This document shows, piece after piece, positions 25,109 to 37,574 of a stretch of DNA of 64,000 bases (the first letter of the stretch is position 1; each line of letters opens with the position of its first letter). The notes under the pieces were generated by a model. The model was not told the origin of the DNA. It saw only the letters and a list, made by a program, of their open reading frames with translations, and made no database searches. The stretch is from Mustelus asterias (lineage: Eukaryota): the NCBI RefSeq assembly GCF_964213995.1, contig NC_135803.1, positions 127,658,001-127,722,000 on the forward strand, given 5' to 3'. The position numbers and the translations under genes are program-made.

Positions 25109-27272
25109 TCAAACTCAAAACTATTTGCACTGGGCGATTGAATACATTTGAGTGGGAGCAAAACTGCTAGGCAAGTAAGAGGTTAAATAGATTGTGATAT
25201 TTAACTGGAAGGTCTTTGTGACATCAAATGGAGCTTTTTAAAAACTATTTACCGGTTAGCAAAACATTCAGTGCTTAAAATATTGAGCTGCAGGCAGCAT
25301 TTTATCTGCGTGCAGAATAGAATTAAGTTGGGAAAGATAAAACATTAAAAGCTTGTTAATCATATATTCCGTCCATTGGATGTTTAATTTTTGGAGAATA
25401 GGGCAACTGCAAATTCCTTCAAACTTCAGTCAGTGTTACTTTAACTATCGCATGCAAATGGATTGGTTAGGCTAGAAATACCCGAGGAGCAGCAATCCCA
25501 GTTTGCACTCTCCTCAACTCTGGAATCGAGAGGCCAATTGTTCCCACAAACAGAAGGCTGGTTTACCTTGTTACAAAACGTATGGAACGATATGATATGA
25601 TGCGCTTGGGGGGGGCGGGGGAGAGACACTGCGTTTACTACAAGATGTGGGATGTCAAGTATTACACAGCAAAGAAAGCTACGGATTAATTATTTTTGAA
25701 TAACTATATCTTCAGGTGTAACTGCTGAAGGTGCCCAAACTTTACAAGACGTTTGCTTCTTAAAACAGCGCACTATCCGCAAGATATTTATCAGCATGTT
25801 GCCTGATGATAGTTTGAAGGAGAATGCCATCAGGTCATTGGGTCAGGAAAAAATATTTCTGAAACCAAGGAACTGATTAAGCCGCACAAATATAGCATCA
25901 CAGTTCAAGCATGTTTTTAAAACTTATTCCCAGTATATTTTGAGTTTGAACATTTGTCTTTAAACAAATTGCACTGCATCCAACTATTGTAAAGTTACAT
26001 AACTTGATTGGAGCTGGAGCATTTTACTCCGTAATTTTAAAAAAAAGAACCTGGTTTAAGACATTGTATTTATAAACTGGTGTATAATAATTAGAGACTG
26101 CAAATGCTAGTTTTGTGGGATTGTCTGAGATTAATTCTTCCTCCCAGTATTCAATTGGGTTCTCTTATCAAGCAGGACCGTTACCTGACCTTAACTGTAC
26201 TGGCAACAAATAGCAAAAACTGGGAACATCGAGCTGTCTAACATTGTCCGGCCACTGATTGATTGGAGGATCTAGATTGTCTAATACAAGATTAAAAGGA
26301 ATCACATGGCCACATTGGCCTACATGATCGGTAAAGTCCCATCTGTGCAGTGCAGCTAGGTATCCAGATTAACCTCACAGTTAGGAAACGCAGTGTACCG
26401 CCTGATTTAATATACAATCGGACACCTACTTCGCCTTTCACCAGCAAAAAAAATCAATTAAATCATACATCGAGTTAAAATCTGGCACAACCAAGAAAAA
26501 ACTGCAGATGTTAGAAATCTGAAATTAGAACATAAAACGCTGGAGGTACAAAGAGGTTCCAACATCTGAAAAAAATGCAAATCCGCATTTATGGATAGAT
26601 TAAATTACTGGGGCATTTCAATCGTTTTCGGTTTTATTTAAAAACTGCTTCAACTGGAACTGAAGAGATGCAAAAGCAAGTTAGCGACTTAAAATGAGTA
26701 TGTCACAAAACGAGGTTGATATAAAACGGAAAACAAAATAAATCATTTGAACTTCATTCTGCTAATGGAGTTGAGGTGATGTATGTAACTCATTTATAGC
26801 CGCCTTTCGGAAAGACTTCCAGTGCAACAATAACTTGATAATCTGAACAGTTAGTTCTGAAGGAACTCCGTGTTGAACAATCCAATCAACGAAAGGTCCC
26901 TGATCAAACTATTACTAGAATAGCATAAACATAAAAGCAAATGCTGCGGATGCTGGAATCTGAAACAAAAACGGAAAAAGGCTGGAAAATCTCAGCAGTC
27001 TGACAGCATCTGTGGAGAGAGAATAGAGCAACGTTTCGAGCCTGGATGACCCTGGTCAGGGCAGAATAGCTCGCCCGTTTTATGTTTATTGTCAGTTAAA
27101 TTTAGAGTAAATAAGTACCGTGTTCAATACTCTTTCCTTGTGCAGTGCAGCTCAGAGGTAAACTACTTATTCTTTATTCACAAAGTAGAGGTATAAACAT
27201 GGTGATAAAATAGTTGCAATGCATTTTATTAAAACGTTCTATTTAAGTTAAACAATTTAAACCTTCACTCAC

Positions 27273-27373
27273 TTTGCCGAGGACCACATTATAACAGGCA
27301 CGGTCTGATCAGCCGTATGGGAGAGTCTAATGAGGATGGAAATTGTTAAGCACTGTATCAGATAGGCTTCCAT
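27273..27373 (-). CDS. ATP6AP1L: Ac45-like protein, exon 1 (signal peptide)
   Basis: ATG GAA GCC...GCA AA|gtgagt; MEAYLIQCLTISILIRLSHTADQTVPVIMWSSA (signal peptide then VPxxxWSS as in ATP6AP1). Confidence 0.88.
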
Positions 27374-27804
27374 TGAATGGATGGGAGCGGCGGCTGGAAT
27401 AGAACCTTCGCACTCGCCGCGTTCCAAATCAGAACATCCACTTCCAGCCCGCGGGTGACAGCTGGAGAGGGATCAGCGTGTGATTGACAGCCGGCCTCGC
27501 CAATCGATGTCGGACTTTCTCCAAAGCAGCCAATCACAACCGGCGGAAGGCGGGCTCTGCAGGAAGGCACGTTTTAAAGGGTGAAAGAGGCCGAATTTCG
27601 GCGATTAGTATTTATTTTCCGAGTGAGGGGATTATTCTCTGTCGGGGCTGGGGGCGGGGGAGGGGTTCGATTTTTATTTTCGGTTGGTGTTTTACGGCAG
27701 GCGGTGAGGGAGTCGCCTGTTGGGGAGGGGGTCCTTTGGCACGGTAAGAGGAGCGGCGCAGGCGGGTGGGCGGTCTTTTTGCTGCCGAGGCCGAGTGTGT
27801 GACC
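27374..27804. promoter_or_regulatory. Bidirectional CpG-rich promoter shared by the Ac45-like gene and RPS23, with 5'TOP/TCT start motif
   Basis: Divergent ATGs 431 nt apart; CCAAT boxes (about 27500, 27531), ETS GGAAG cores, GC box GGGGCGGGG (about 27651), pyrimidine tract TCTTTTT at 27774-27780 just upstream of the RPS23 ATG. Confidence 0.8.
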
Positions 27805-27808
27805 ATGG
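27805..27808 (+). CDS. RPS23: 40S ribosomal protein S23 (uS12), exon 1 coding part (ATGG)
   Basis: accATGG|gtgagt. Model 27805-27808, 28905-29064, 29396-29516, 35433-35579 = 432 nt, 143 aa. Confidence 0.9.
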
Positions 27809-28873
27809 GTGAGTGAGGCCCGGGAGAGGAGAGGAGCAGCCCGGCTGTGCTCGCACCTAACACCTTCCAAACCGCCACACGCACTCTGCACAGTTCGCCC
27901 CCTCCACCCGTGCGTCGGCCGTTCAATCGCCTTTATGTTTCATTAATCCCGCAGCCAGCCGCGCGCGAGCTGCCACGCCACGGCGCCCCCAACTCGAGGC
28001 TTTAGGCCCAGGGCCTGGTTCGGGCGCTCACTTTTGCTTCCGACGTGTTCAAAGCCAGACCCATTTAAAAAAATCTCTCCAGCTGAGAATATCTCTTTTC
28101 TCAATTGTAGACCCCAAAAATAAGCCACTGAGAATTTAAAAAACCTTAACTGGGTGGGATCCTTTCTTGGAAAAAAAACATCTGAGGAGCCACTGATTTT
28201 TTTTTGCAATGTGGATGTTTCTAAATTTGAGTTTCAGTTCGGAGCTGGTGATTTTCTTTCCTCACTCTGGACGAAAGGACCCTATCGTCTTGTCCTTTTC
28301 GGCTGTGTTTCGAACTAAGACGAAGAACAGCCATTTCGTTCGGAGTCCCAACACCATTTTCCTTTTGCCGAATTATCATTTTTGTCATTAGGCAAAAATG
28401 GTTGCATATTGGGAGCTGCATAATTTCTATTGGCACGAATATTGTCAAATTTGCGCTTCAAATGAATTTCGATACTGGCACTTGTATGCGCAGTGCTAAT
28501 TTTGGCACTTTTACATAGAATACATAGAAACCCTACAGTGCAGAAGGAGGCCATTCGGCCCATCGAGTCTGCACCGACCACAATCCCACCCAGGCTCTAC
28601 CCCCACATATTTACCCGCTAATCCCTCTAACCTACGCATCTCAGGACACTAAGGGGCAATTTTAGCATAGCCAATCAACCTAACCCGCACATCTTTGGAT
28701 ATGTGGGTTATGGGAATAGGGCCCAGGTGAGACTGTTGTCAGTGTGGATTTGATGGGCTGAATGGCCTTGTGCACTGTAGGGTTTCTATTATGCTGGATG
28801 ATATCTTGGTCATCAGCAAAACCCTTGGGCTGAGTTTCCTCAGTTTTTTGTCGAGTAATTCTCCATGCTGTAA

Positions 28874-29065
<192 letters not shown>

Positions 29066-29395
29066 TAAGTAACTGAGGAGCTTGCTGACTTCAATTTTTA
29101 ACAGAGACTGTTGGAATGGCCTCAGGTGTCTGGCTGTGTTATTCACTCTCAGGCAAGTTTTTAGCCACTGTTTGGTATGTTCTTTCGATGGCATGGTTGA
29201 TAACTGGATACATGAGCAATTGTGACTGGAATTAACTGCTGTGGCATTTCTACTCCTTGGACAACATCAATGTTGTCTTTAAGTTTGTAAAAGAGATTCC
29301 AGGGTGTATCATCAGTTTGCGAGGGGAGAAATTAAGTGCACCAGTTAGAAGAGTTCAGGAATATATGTTGATCTACTCAATCTTTTTTGATACAG

Positions 29396-29516
29396 TGGTG
29401 TTGAGGCTAAGCAGCCCAATTCTGCCATCAGAAAGTGTGTTCGAGTCCAGCTTATTAAGAATGGCAAGAAAATCACAGCTTTTGTTCCAAATGATGGTTG
29501 CTTGAATTTCATTGAG
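29396..29516 (+). CDS. RPS23: 40S ribosomal protein S23, exon 3
   Basis: atacag|T GGT GTT...ATT GAG|gtaagc; [40 protein letters not shown]. Confidence 0.97.
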
Positions 29517-29633
29517 GTAAGCAATCACATTTTTAGCAGTCCTTTGCTGCATTGTTCCTGAAGATGTGAATGTAAATTATGCTGTTGTATACTACTCGTA
29601 TTGATAGTAGAATTAGATCAACCTTTTTTAATT

Positions 29634-29908
29634 CACTGTGGTTAGCACTGCTGTCGCAGCGCCAGGGACCTGAGTTCAATTCCCAGCTTGGGTCGCTGTC
29701 TGCATGTTCTCCTTGTGTCTGTTGTGGGTTTCCTCCAGGTGCTCTGGTTTCCTCCGACAGTCTGAAAGATGTGCTGGTTAGGTGCATTGGCTATGCTAAA
29801 TTCTCCCTTAGTGTGTCCGAACAGGTGTCGGAGTGCGGCAACTAGGGGATTTTCACAACTTCATGGCAGTGTTAATGTAAGTCTACTGTGATACCAACAA
29901 ATAAACAT
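29634..29908 (+). mobile_element. HE1-like SINE (alternative tail)
   Basis: Head GTGGTTAGCACTGCTGTCGCAGCGCCAGGGACC...; lies in RPS23 intron 3. Confidence 0.8.
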
Positions 29909-32080
29909 TTTAGCTGAGAATGCAATGGCATAAAATGGGCCTTTCGTTTGTTCTGTCTAATTGATCCATTTTTAAACTGATAAGGACAAGGAACTGAAAC
30001 ATCTAGGAGTACAAGCTAAATAATGGTATCTTCATTGGACGTTTGAAAGTTCGCCATGTTTTCCTTTTGTATATTTAAACATACTTTTAGGTTTTCCCTT
30101 GTATATTATTTCACAGATTTTCCCCACATTATTTATTAATTACCAAAAGGGCAACCTTTGTAGAACCTGAAACTGGGGATAAGGGAGAGATCCTGAGTGG
30201 CTAGCATTATACCCAGCATCAAGGAAGATTGTTGCCAGTGATGAATTGCTGCGATTGGGGCAGCATCTTGGGCTCCACCATCTTCAATTGCTTCAGTTTC
30301 TTTCAATCATAGGACGCAGTGGGGTTGTTTGCTGGCAATTGCAGTATTCAATTCCCCGTTTGCAATTCATAATGAAGCAATCCATGCTTGTATGCAACAT
30401 GACCTAGACAACATCCAAACTTGCACTGATTACTGGCAAGTAACATTTGCAATTCCAAATGTGCTACGCAACTATTTCCAACCAATCAACACCCTTTGAC
30501 ATTGGATGATAATATCACCTTTGAAGGGTCATCATTATCCAGAACCTGACTAAAATGGCCATAAGTGCTGTGGCTACCAGAGTGTAATAGAGGCTAGGTG
30601 TTTTGTGGCCGGTAGCTCATCTAGCCTGAGAGACTTGGGCCTTGAGAGATCTTCAACGCACAGGTGCGAAGGGATACCTTTGCACCTACATTGTGAATCT
30701 CAACACTCAGAACAAAGTAGTGCACTTAATTAACAGATCATCATGTGTGTTATATGTGCAACATGTACCATCTACAGGATTTATTGCAGCACGTGTGACA
30801 GCAGCTCCCAGACCTCTAACCTCCACTGCCTTAAAGCACAAGAGCAGCAGTTGCACGTGAACACCATCACCTCCAAGTTCCCCTGCCAAGTCATGTACCA
30901 TCCTGAATTGGACATTCCTTCTATTCTTTCAAAATGTTTGGATCAATATCCTGGAATGTCCTATTCAAAAGCATTGTGGGAGCATCTGGATTGCTTTGGC
31001 TCCAGAAGGCTTTACCACCAGCTTCTCGGTGACAAATTGACAAATAAATAGCATTAATTCCAATGATGCTGCATCCCGTAGAATGATTTTAAAAAGGGTG
31101 TATTGCCTTCTGATAGTCAAGAGAATGGTATTCTCCCCTCAGCCTCTTCCCAAAATCCAGATCAGATAAATGACCAGAGGAGTGGTGTACAGAGAAATGC
31201 TGAAATAAAAACAAGTTTGGAAAAGCTCTGCAGGACAGGCAGCATCTGTGGAGAGAGAAACTATGTCTCTGGAACTAAGGAAACTTAACTCTTTCTGCAG
31301 ATGCTGCTAGACCTGAGTTTTTCCAGAATTCTCTATTTTTATTTCAGATTTCCAGCATTCACAGTACTTTGTTTAATAAAAATGCTTTTCGTAACAACAT
31401 TTTCATTTGTAATTTGACTGGATGATGGTGCTTCAAGGGCTGGATTTCACCTTCGGTGGTGAAGCAATGGCTTTCACCACTGACTTTGCAGAAATGACTG
31501 CAAAGATGTAGCACTCTGAGATGGATTTCCTCTTTCCCATTTGTGGGTTTGAATTTGGCACCAAGTCAAGAGGCTCTCCTCCAGGAATTAAACAGGATAA
31601 GCACTCTATCACATTGAAGTATCTTCACAACAAACCAGGATGTGAAGAAGCACTGAATTCCTTTAATTAAAAAAATTTATGGGTAGCAAAATAAATGTTT
31701 GACTTATTGGAATTGGGTTGAAACTAAAAGATGAAACTTAATCATTTTAAATGTGGAATTTTGTATCATGACTTTCAGGGCCAGAGGTGGTTCAGCAATA
31801 ATTGTGAATGTAAGAGTACCAATTTCAAAATCCAGTTATATGGTACCCTGTTTCAACAAAATGTAACTTTCTCACAGCAAGACTAGTGGTGTTAAGTGGA
31901 CATTCTTGTCAGCTTGGGTTATTTCTAATGCGTGTTCTGGTGGGATCTCTAAGCACATCCCTTGGAGAAGTGTAGCCTCATTGACAGCAACTTCTGGGTT
32001 TTTACATTTAGCTGCACATGTGTAGACTCAAATTATGACAGACCCTTTTGCTGTCATTACTTTACAATCTGGCCATGGAG

Positions 32081-34202
32081 AAACATAGAAAACTACAGCA
32101 CAAAACAGGCCCTTCGGCCCCACAAGTTGTGCCGAACATATCCCTACCTTTTAGGCCTACCTATAACCCTCCATCCTATTAAGTCCCATGTACTCATCCA
32201 GGAGTCTCTTAAAAGACCCTATTGAGTTTGCCTCCTCCACCACCACTGACGGCAGCCGATTCCACTCGCCCACCACCCTCTGTGAAAAACTTCCCCCTAA
32301 CATTCCCCTTGTACCTACCTTTAAACCTGTGTCCTCTCGTAGCAGCCATTTCCACCCTGGGAAAAAGCCTCAGAGTCCACCCGATCTATGCCTCTCAACA
32401 TCTTATATACCTCTATTAGGTCTCCTCTCATCCTACGTCTCCAAGGAGAAAAGACCGAGCTCCCTCAGCCTATCCTCATAAGGCATGCCACTCAATCCAG
32501 GCAACATTCTTGTAAATCTCCTCTGCACCCTTTCAATCTTTTCCACATCCTTCCTGTAATGAGGCGACCAGAACTGAGTACAGTACTCCAAATGGGGTCT
32601 GACGAGGGTCTTATATAGCTGCATCATTATCCCGGACTCCTAAACTCAATCCCTCGATTGATAAAGGCCAGCACACCATACGCCTTCTTAACCACCTCCT
32701 CCACCTGCGGGGCCGATTTTAGAGTCCTGTGGACCTGGACCCCAAGGTCCTTCTGATCCTCTACAGTACTAAGAGTCTTTCCCTTTATATTGTACTCCTT
32801 CATCCCATTTGACCTGCCAAAATGGACCACTACGCATTTATCTGGGTTGAAGTCCATCTGCCACTTGTCCGCCCAGTCTTGCATCCTATCTATGTCCCTC
32901 TGTAACTTCTGACATCCCTCCAGACTATCCACAACCCCACCAACCTTCGTGTCGTCGGCAAACTTACCAACCCACCCCTCCACTTCCTCATCCAGGTCAT
33001 TTATGAAAATGACAAACAGCAAGGGTCCCAGAACAGATCCCTGGGGCACACCACTGGTGACTGACCTCCATTTAGAAAAAGACCCATCTATACACACTCT
33101 CTGCCTCCTTTGGGCAAGGCAGTTCTGGATCCACAGGGCAGCAGCCCCTTGGATCCCATGCCCTCTCACTTTTTCTAGAAGCCTTGCATGGGGGACCTTA
33201 TCGAACGCCTTGCCAAAATCCACATAAACCACATCTACCGCTTTCCCTTCGTCAATGTGTTTAGTCACATTTTCGAAGAACTCCACCAGGCTCGTAAGGC
33301 ACGATCTGCCTTTGACAAAGCCATGCTGAGTATTCTTGAGCATACTAAACCTCTCTAAATGCTCATAAATCTTGTCCTTCAGGATCTTCTCCATCAGCTT
33401 ACCAACCACTGAGGTTAGACTCACCGGTCAGTAATTTCCTGGGCTATCCCTGTTCCCCTTCTTGAAAATAGGAACCACATCCGCAATCCTCCGGCACTTC
33501 TCCCGCCTCCATCGACGACGCAAAGATCATCACCAGAGGCTCTGCAATCTCTTCCCTCGCCTCCCACAGTAACCTGGGGTACATCCCATCCGGACCCGGT
33601 GACTTATCTATCTTGATGCCATTCAAAGATTCCAGCACAACCTCTTTGTTAAAGTCCACATACTCAATCTTTTCAGTCCACCGCAAGCCCACAGTACATC
33701 CACCCAGGTCCTTCTCCTCTGAAAACCGAGGCAAAATACTCATTAAGCACCTCTGCCATTTCTACTGGTTCCGTACTGATTTTCCCGCCTTCACCTTTTA
33801 TAGGCCCTATTCCTTCATGTCTCATCCTTTTACTCTTCACATATTTATAGAACGCCTTAGGGTTTTTCTTAATTCTACTTGCCAAGGCCTTCTCGTGACC
33901 CCTTCTGGCTCTCCTAATTTCCTTCTTTAGTCCCTCCCTACAAGCCGTATACTCATCTAGATCCCTATCTTCGTCAAGCTCTCTGAACCTTTTGTACGCT
34001 TTCCTTTTCTTCTCGACTAGGTCCCGCACAGCTTTCGTGCACCCCGATTCCTTTAACCTACCAACTCCTCCCTGTCTGCTCGGAACATTGTCCTGTAGAA
34101 CCCTAGACCGACATTCCTTGAAAAATTGCCACCTCTCTTCAGTAGATTTCCTCGAGAATACCTCCTTCCAATTTACTCTAATTTGCTGCCTTATGTCTTC
34201 AT
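32081..34202 (-). mobile_element. CR1 LINE, 5'-truncated, frameshifted ORF2 (RT), antisense in RPS23 intron 3
   Basis: ORFs 33673..34209, 33444..33743, 32627..33424 ([41 protein letters not shown]) and 32433..32627. Confidence 0.95.
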
Positions 34203-35432
34203 GTGTCATGTGTCTGAATACCTGATCATTACGCTGCCTTTAAATTAGTGGAACAGGGTAAACTAGGAATGCCATATGTAAATCAGATCAGTAAAGATTT
34301 ATTTTCTAAGTTACTTTATGCCCACTTCTGTATCCCTTAACAGCACTGTTGTGAGCAGAAGTGCAAATAATAAATTTCGATTGGTAGTGGCATCTTATGA
34401 CCTGGGCCAGTGCAACACATTTTAAGTAAAGTGCGGCAGCCAATTTGCACACAGAAAATTAATGAATCTGTTTTCATTGGTGTTGGTTCTAAGCAGAATG
34501 GGGAACTTGGAACTACTGATGTAGAAACACAAATTTTAGTTGGCAAGCCTGTAATAATGGCAAGGAGGTAACTCATCCCTGTATAATTCCACCATCCTTT
34601 TTATCAGTTTCAGTTCAATTGGGGGAGGAGGGGGGGGTAAAGTAACTAATTGTGGAGGGGAGTGTACAGAGCTGTCTGATAACTCTGAACATTTGAGTAC
34701 ACTTGAGGTGTGTGCACAATTTGTCTCATAACCCTGACATACCTATAAAATTTCTGCTTGCTGCCTAATTGGATTTGTGCTCTTGAATGTTACTGATTTT
34801 AAAATTTTCTTTTTGGTTTGTCAAGTTGTCTGTCTATGCATTCTTCTATTTCCCATTTCCTTTCTTGCCTCTACTTCCACCTATTCTCTCAATCAATGGC
34901 AAAAGATTGGTGCAGTGGAGTAATTCAAAATGTTTAATTGAACTGTGATACTGTCCGTACCCACCCACTTGTTGTCCACCTTGCACATCTGCCAAGTTTG
35001 ACCAGTCGATTGCTAATGTAATGTCAAGATAGGCATTACATGAAAACTACTTAGAATGAGATTCAATTCCAAAGCCAGGCGTAAATTGTTAGATTTCTTT
35101 AAATCTATAGTCCAGTGTTATAAAATTGGGACTGATGGTACTCTTATTCCACATTTGCTTGCATATGTACTTCAAAAACTGTTTTGAATGCCTCTGCAGT
35201 CACAAAAAACTCTTCATTACTCTGCACTTCACTGAGCACAATATAAAATTCTTCCCCAATCCATTTGTGAATGACACCTATATGCCAAAGTTAATGCAAT
35301 AATTAGCACTAATGTCAAGAACTGTAATGTTTGGTAATTCTTCCTCTTGCTAACTGTTATAGATCAGATGATTCCTGGTTCATAAATGCTCTGAGCTATT
35401 TCACTAATGATCAAAATTTTCTCTCTTTTTAG

Positions 35433-35579
<147 letters not shown>

Positions 35580-35606
35580 CTTTAAAATATATTGACCAAG
35601 ATGGAA

Positions 35607-35612
35607 AATAAA
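35607..35612 (+). terminator. RPS23 polyadenylation signal
   Basis: AATAAA 28 nt after the stop, followed by a GT/T-rich downstream element. Confidence 0.8.
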
Positions 35613-36134
35613 ACATTTTAAAATTGATATTTGACAAATCTAAAGTGTCCCTGTGTTACGAATTCTTTCTATTTGCAACAGTTTCATCATTAAGACTGAA
35701 TGAAAAGAATCTTGAGAATGTATGTGTACTCCAGGTTTTGGTATTTGAGGGTTCTGTTATTTTCCTCTGGGCAAACAAATGAGAGATAGGTTTGAAATAG
35801 TCCATTAATCATTGCTTCCAGTGGGGGTGCACCTGACCTGCATTGATCCTTGTATTTCTGGTACTGCATGTTGCTGCTGCTTTCAGTTATGGTGATGGGA
35901 CGAAAATGTATTTTAACAGAATAGAATTGAGTCAGTGGAATTTGGGAAACTACTGGATGGAGTCATGCCAAGCACAAAGGAAGATGAGCAAAATCTGCAG
36001 ATGCTGAAACCAGAACAGAATACTGGAAAAACTCAGCAAGTCTGGCAGCAGAGGAAACCGAGTTAATGCTTTGGCACCAGAGAGGGAAAATGTGTTAGAT
36101 GTTATGTAGCTGGAAGCAATTGCAAGAAAATGTT

Positions 36135-36376
36135 GGGGCGGCACGGTAGCACAGTGGTTGGCACTGCTGCTTCACAGCACCAGGGAACCGAGTTCGATTC
36201 CTGGCTTGAGTCATTGTGGAGTTTGCATGTTCTCCCCATGTCTGTGGGTTTCTTCCCACATTCTGAAAGACGTGGTTAAGTGCATTGACCGCAACAGGTG
36301 CTGGATTGTGGCGACTAGGGGAATTTCACAGTAACTTCATTGCAGTGTTAATGTAAGCCTTGACTAAAATAAACTT
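36135..36376 (+). mobile_element. HE1-like SINE (alternative tail)
   Basis: GGGCGGCACGGTAGCACAGTGGTTGGCACTGC...GAGTTCGATTCC head. Confidence 0.85.
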
Positions 36377-36999
36377 GTGTAGCAGCCTGAAGAACAAGAG
36401 ACAGGTGGCCTTTGTGTTAGGAGAAGTTAATGGAGTCTCCAATCTGTAGATTCCTGCATGTAGCCAAATCCAGCTAACCACAAAGACTTGAGACACTGTT
36501 TAAAGGTGTTTGATCAGTGTGAAAGGGAGTCATTCCATACCTTTTATTACCACAGCCCATATAGAGAGGCCAAAAGTAAGGAAGAATTCATTCTAATTAG
36601 CAATTAAATCCTATTTCTGCCACTATCTTAGTGCCTTCCAAAGCCTCTCACTGATAAGGTTCTATGCATCTGGTTCTGCTTTTCCCATTATGCTTTTAGG
36701 GCAGGTGCCCTGGGCCAGAAGCTTACAAGACATTCAAAACTACATTTTAAAATTACAATATTTGTTAATTCACTACTATGATATTGTGTTTTAACAGATA
36801 ATACCTTCATAATATATGTGGGAGGCACATTGTAATACCTTTGGTATAAGGCACATCATGGTTCCTATTTTAAACTAACCTACTTTGGTAAGGCCCCTTA
36901 ATAAGCAGAGGTTTCAATATCCCCTGCTACTGTGTGTGTTGCATTGAGAAATTAAATATGGGATTTTTTTCAAAGGGTTTAAGGTGAAAGGTCAGTCTT

Positions 37000-37574
37000 G
37001 AGTCCTGAAGGCTGTGACATGCTTAATCAGAAGATGAAATACTGCTCCAACTTGCGTTGGGCTTCACTAGAGCATTGCAGCAGGCCAAGGACAGATGCGA
37101 CAAAAGAGCAAGCTGCTGAGTCAAAATGGTAGGTAACCGGAAGTTGGAGTCATGCTTACAGACTGAACAAAGTGTTCTGCAAAGTTCTCGCAAAGTCTGT
37201 TTAGTCTCACCCCTGTGTAGGAGACTGCATTGGGAACAGTGAATATAGTATACCAAATTAAAGGAGGTGCAGGTGAAATGCTGCTCGATCTGTAAGGTGT
37301 ATTTGTGGCAAATGCTTGAGGTAAAAGGACAGATGGTACAAATTTTGCAATTGCGAGGGAAGATGGCGTTGCGTGTGATGGAGGAAGGGATCAGGGTGTC
37401 AAGATGGGAGTGGTCCCTGCAGAATGCTGGGACTTCGGTTAAGGATAAAGCCGAACGTGTCAAGCACATTTTTGAAGGTGGCATCATCAGAACGGATGCG
37501 GCGGAGACAGAGACTGGGAAGATAGGATGGAATCCTTAACTGGAGGTAGGATGTGAAGCTGTAGTTAAGGTAGT
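37000..37574 (-). mobile_element. Degenerate Penelope-like element (GIY-YIG region)
   Basis: ORF 37023..37487: CKICTICP...HFTCTSFNLVYYIHCSQCSLLHRGETKQTLRE. Confidence 0.8.

Noticed and set aside
35362-35412. C/D-box snoRNA-like stretch with GATCA/TGATC ends in RPS23 intron 3
   Set aside because: C box is degenerate, the stretch is only about 50 nt, and it overlaps the branch-point region 20 nt from the acceptor.
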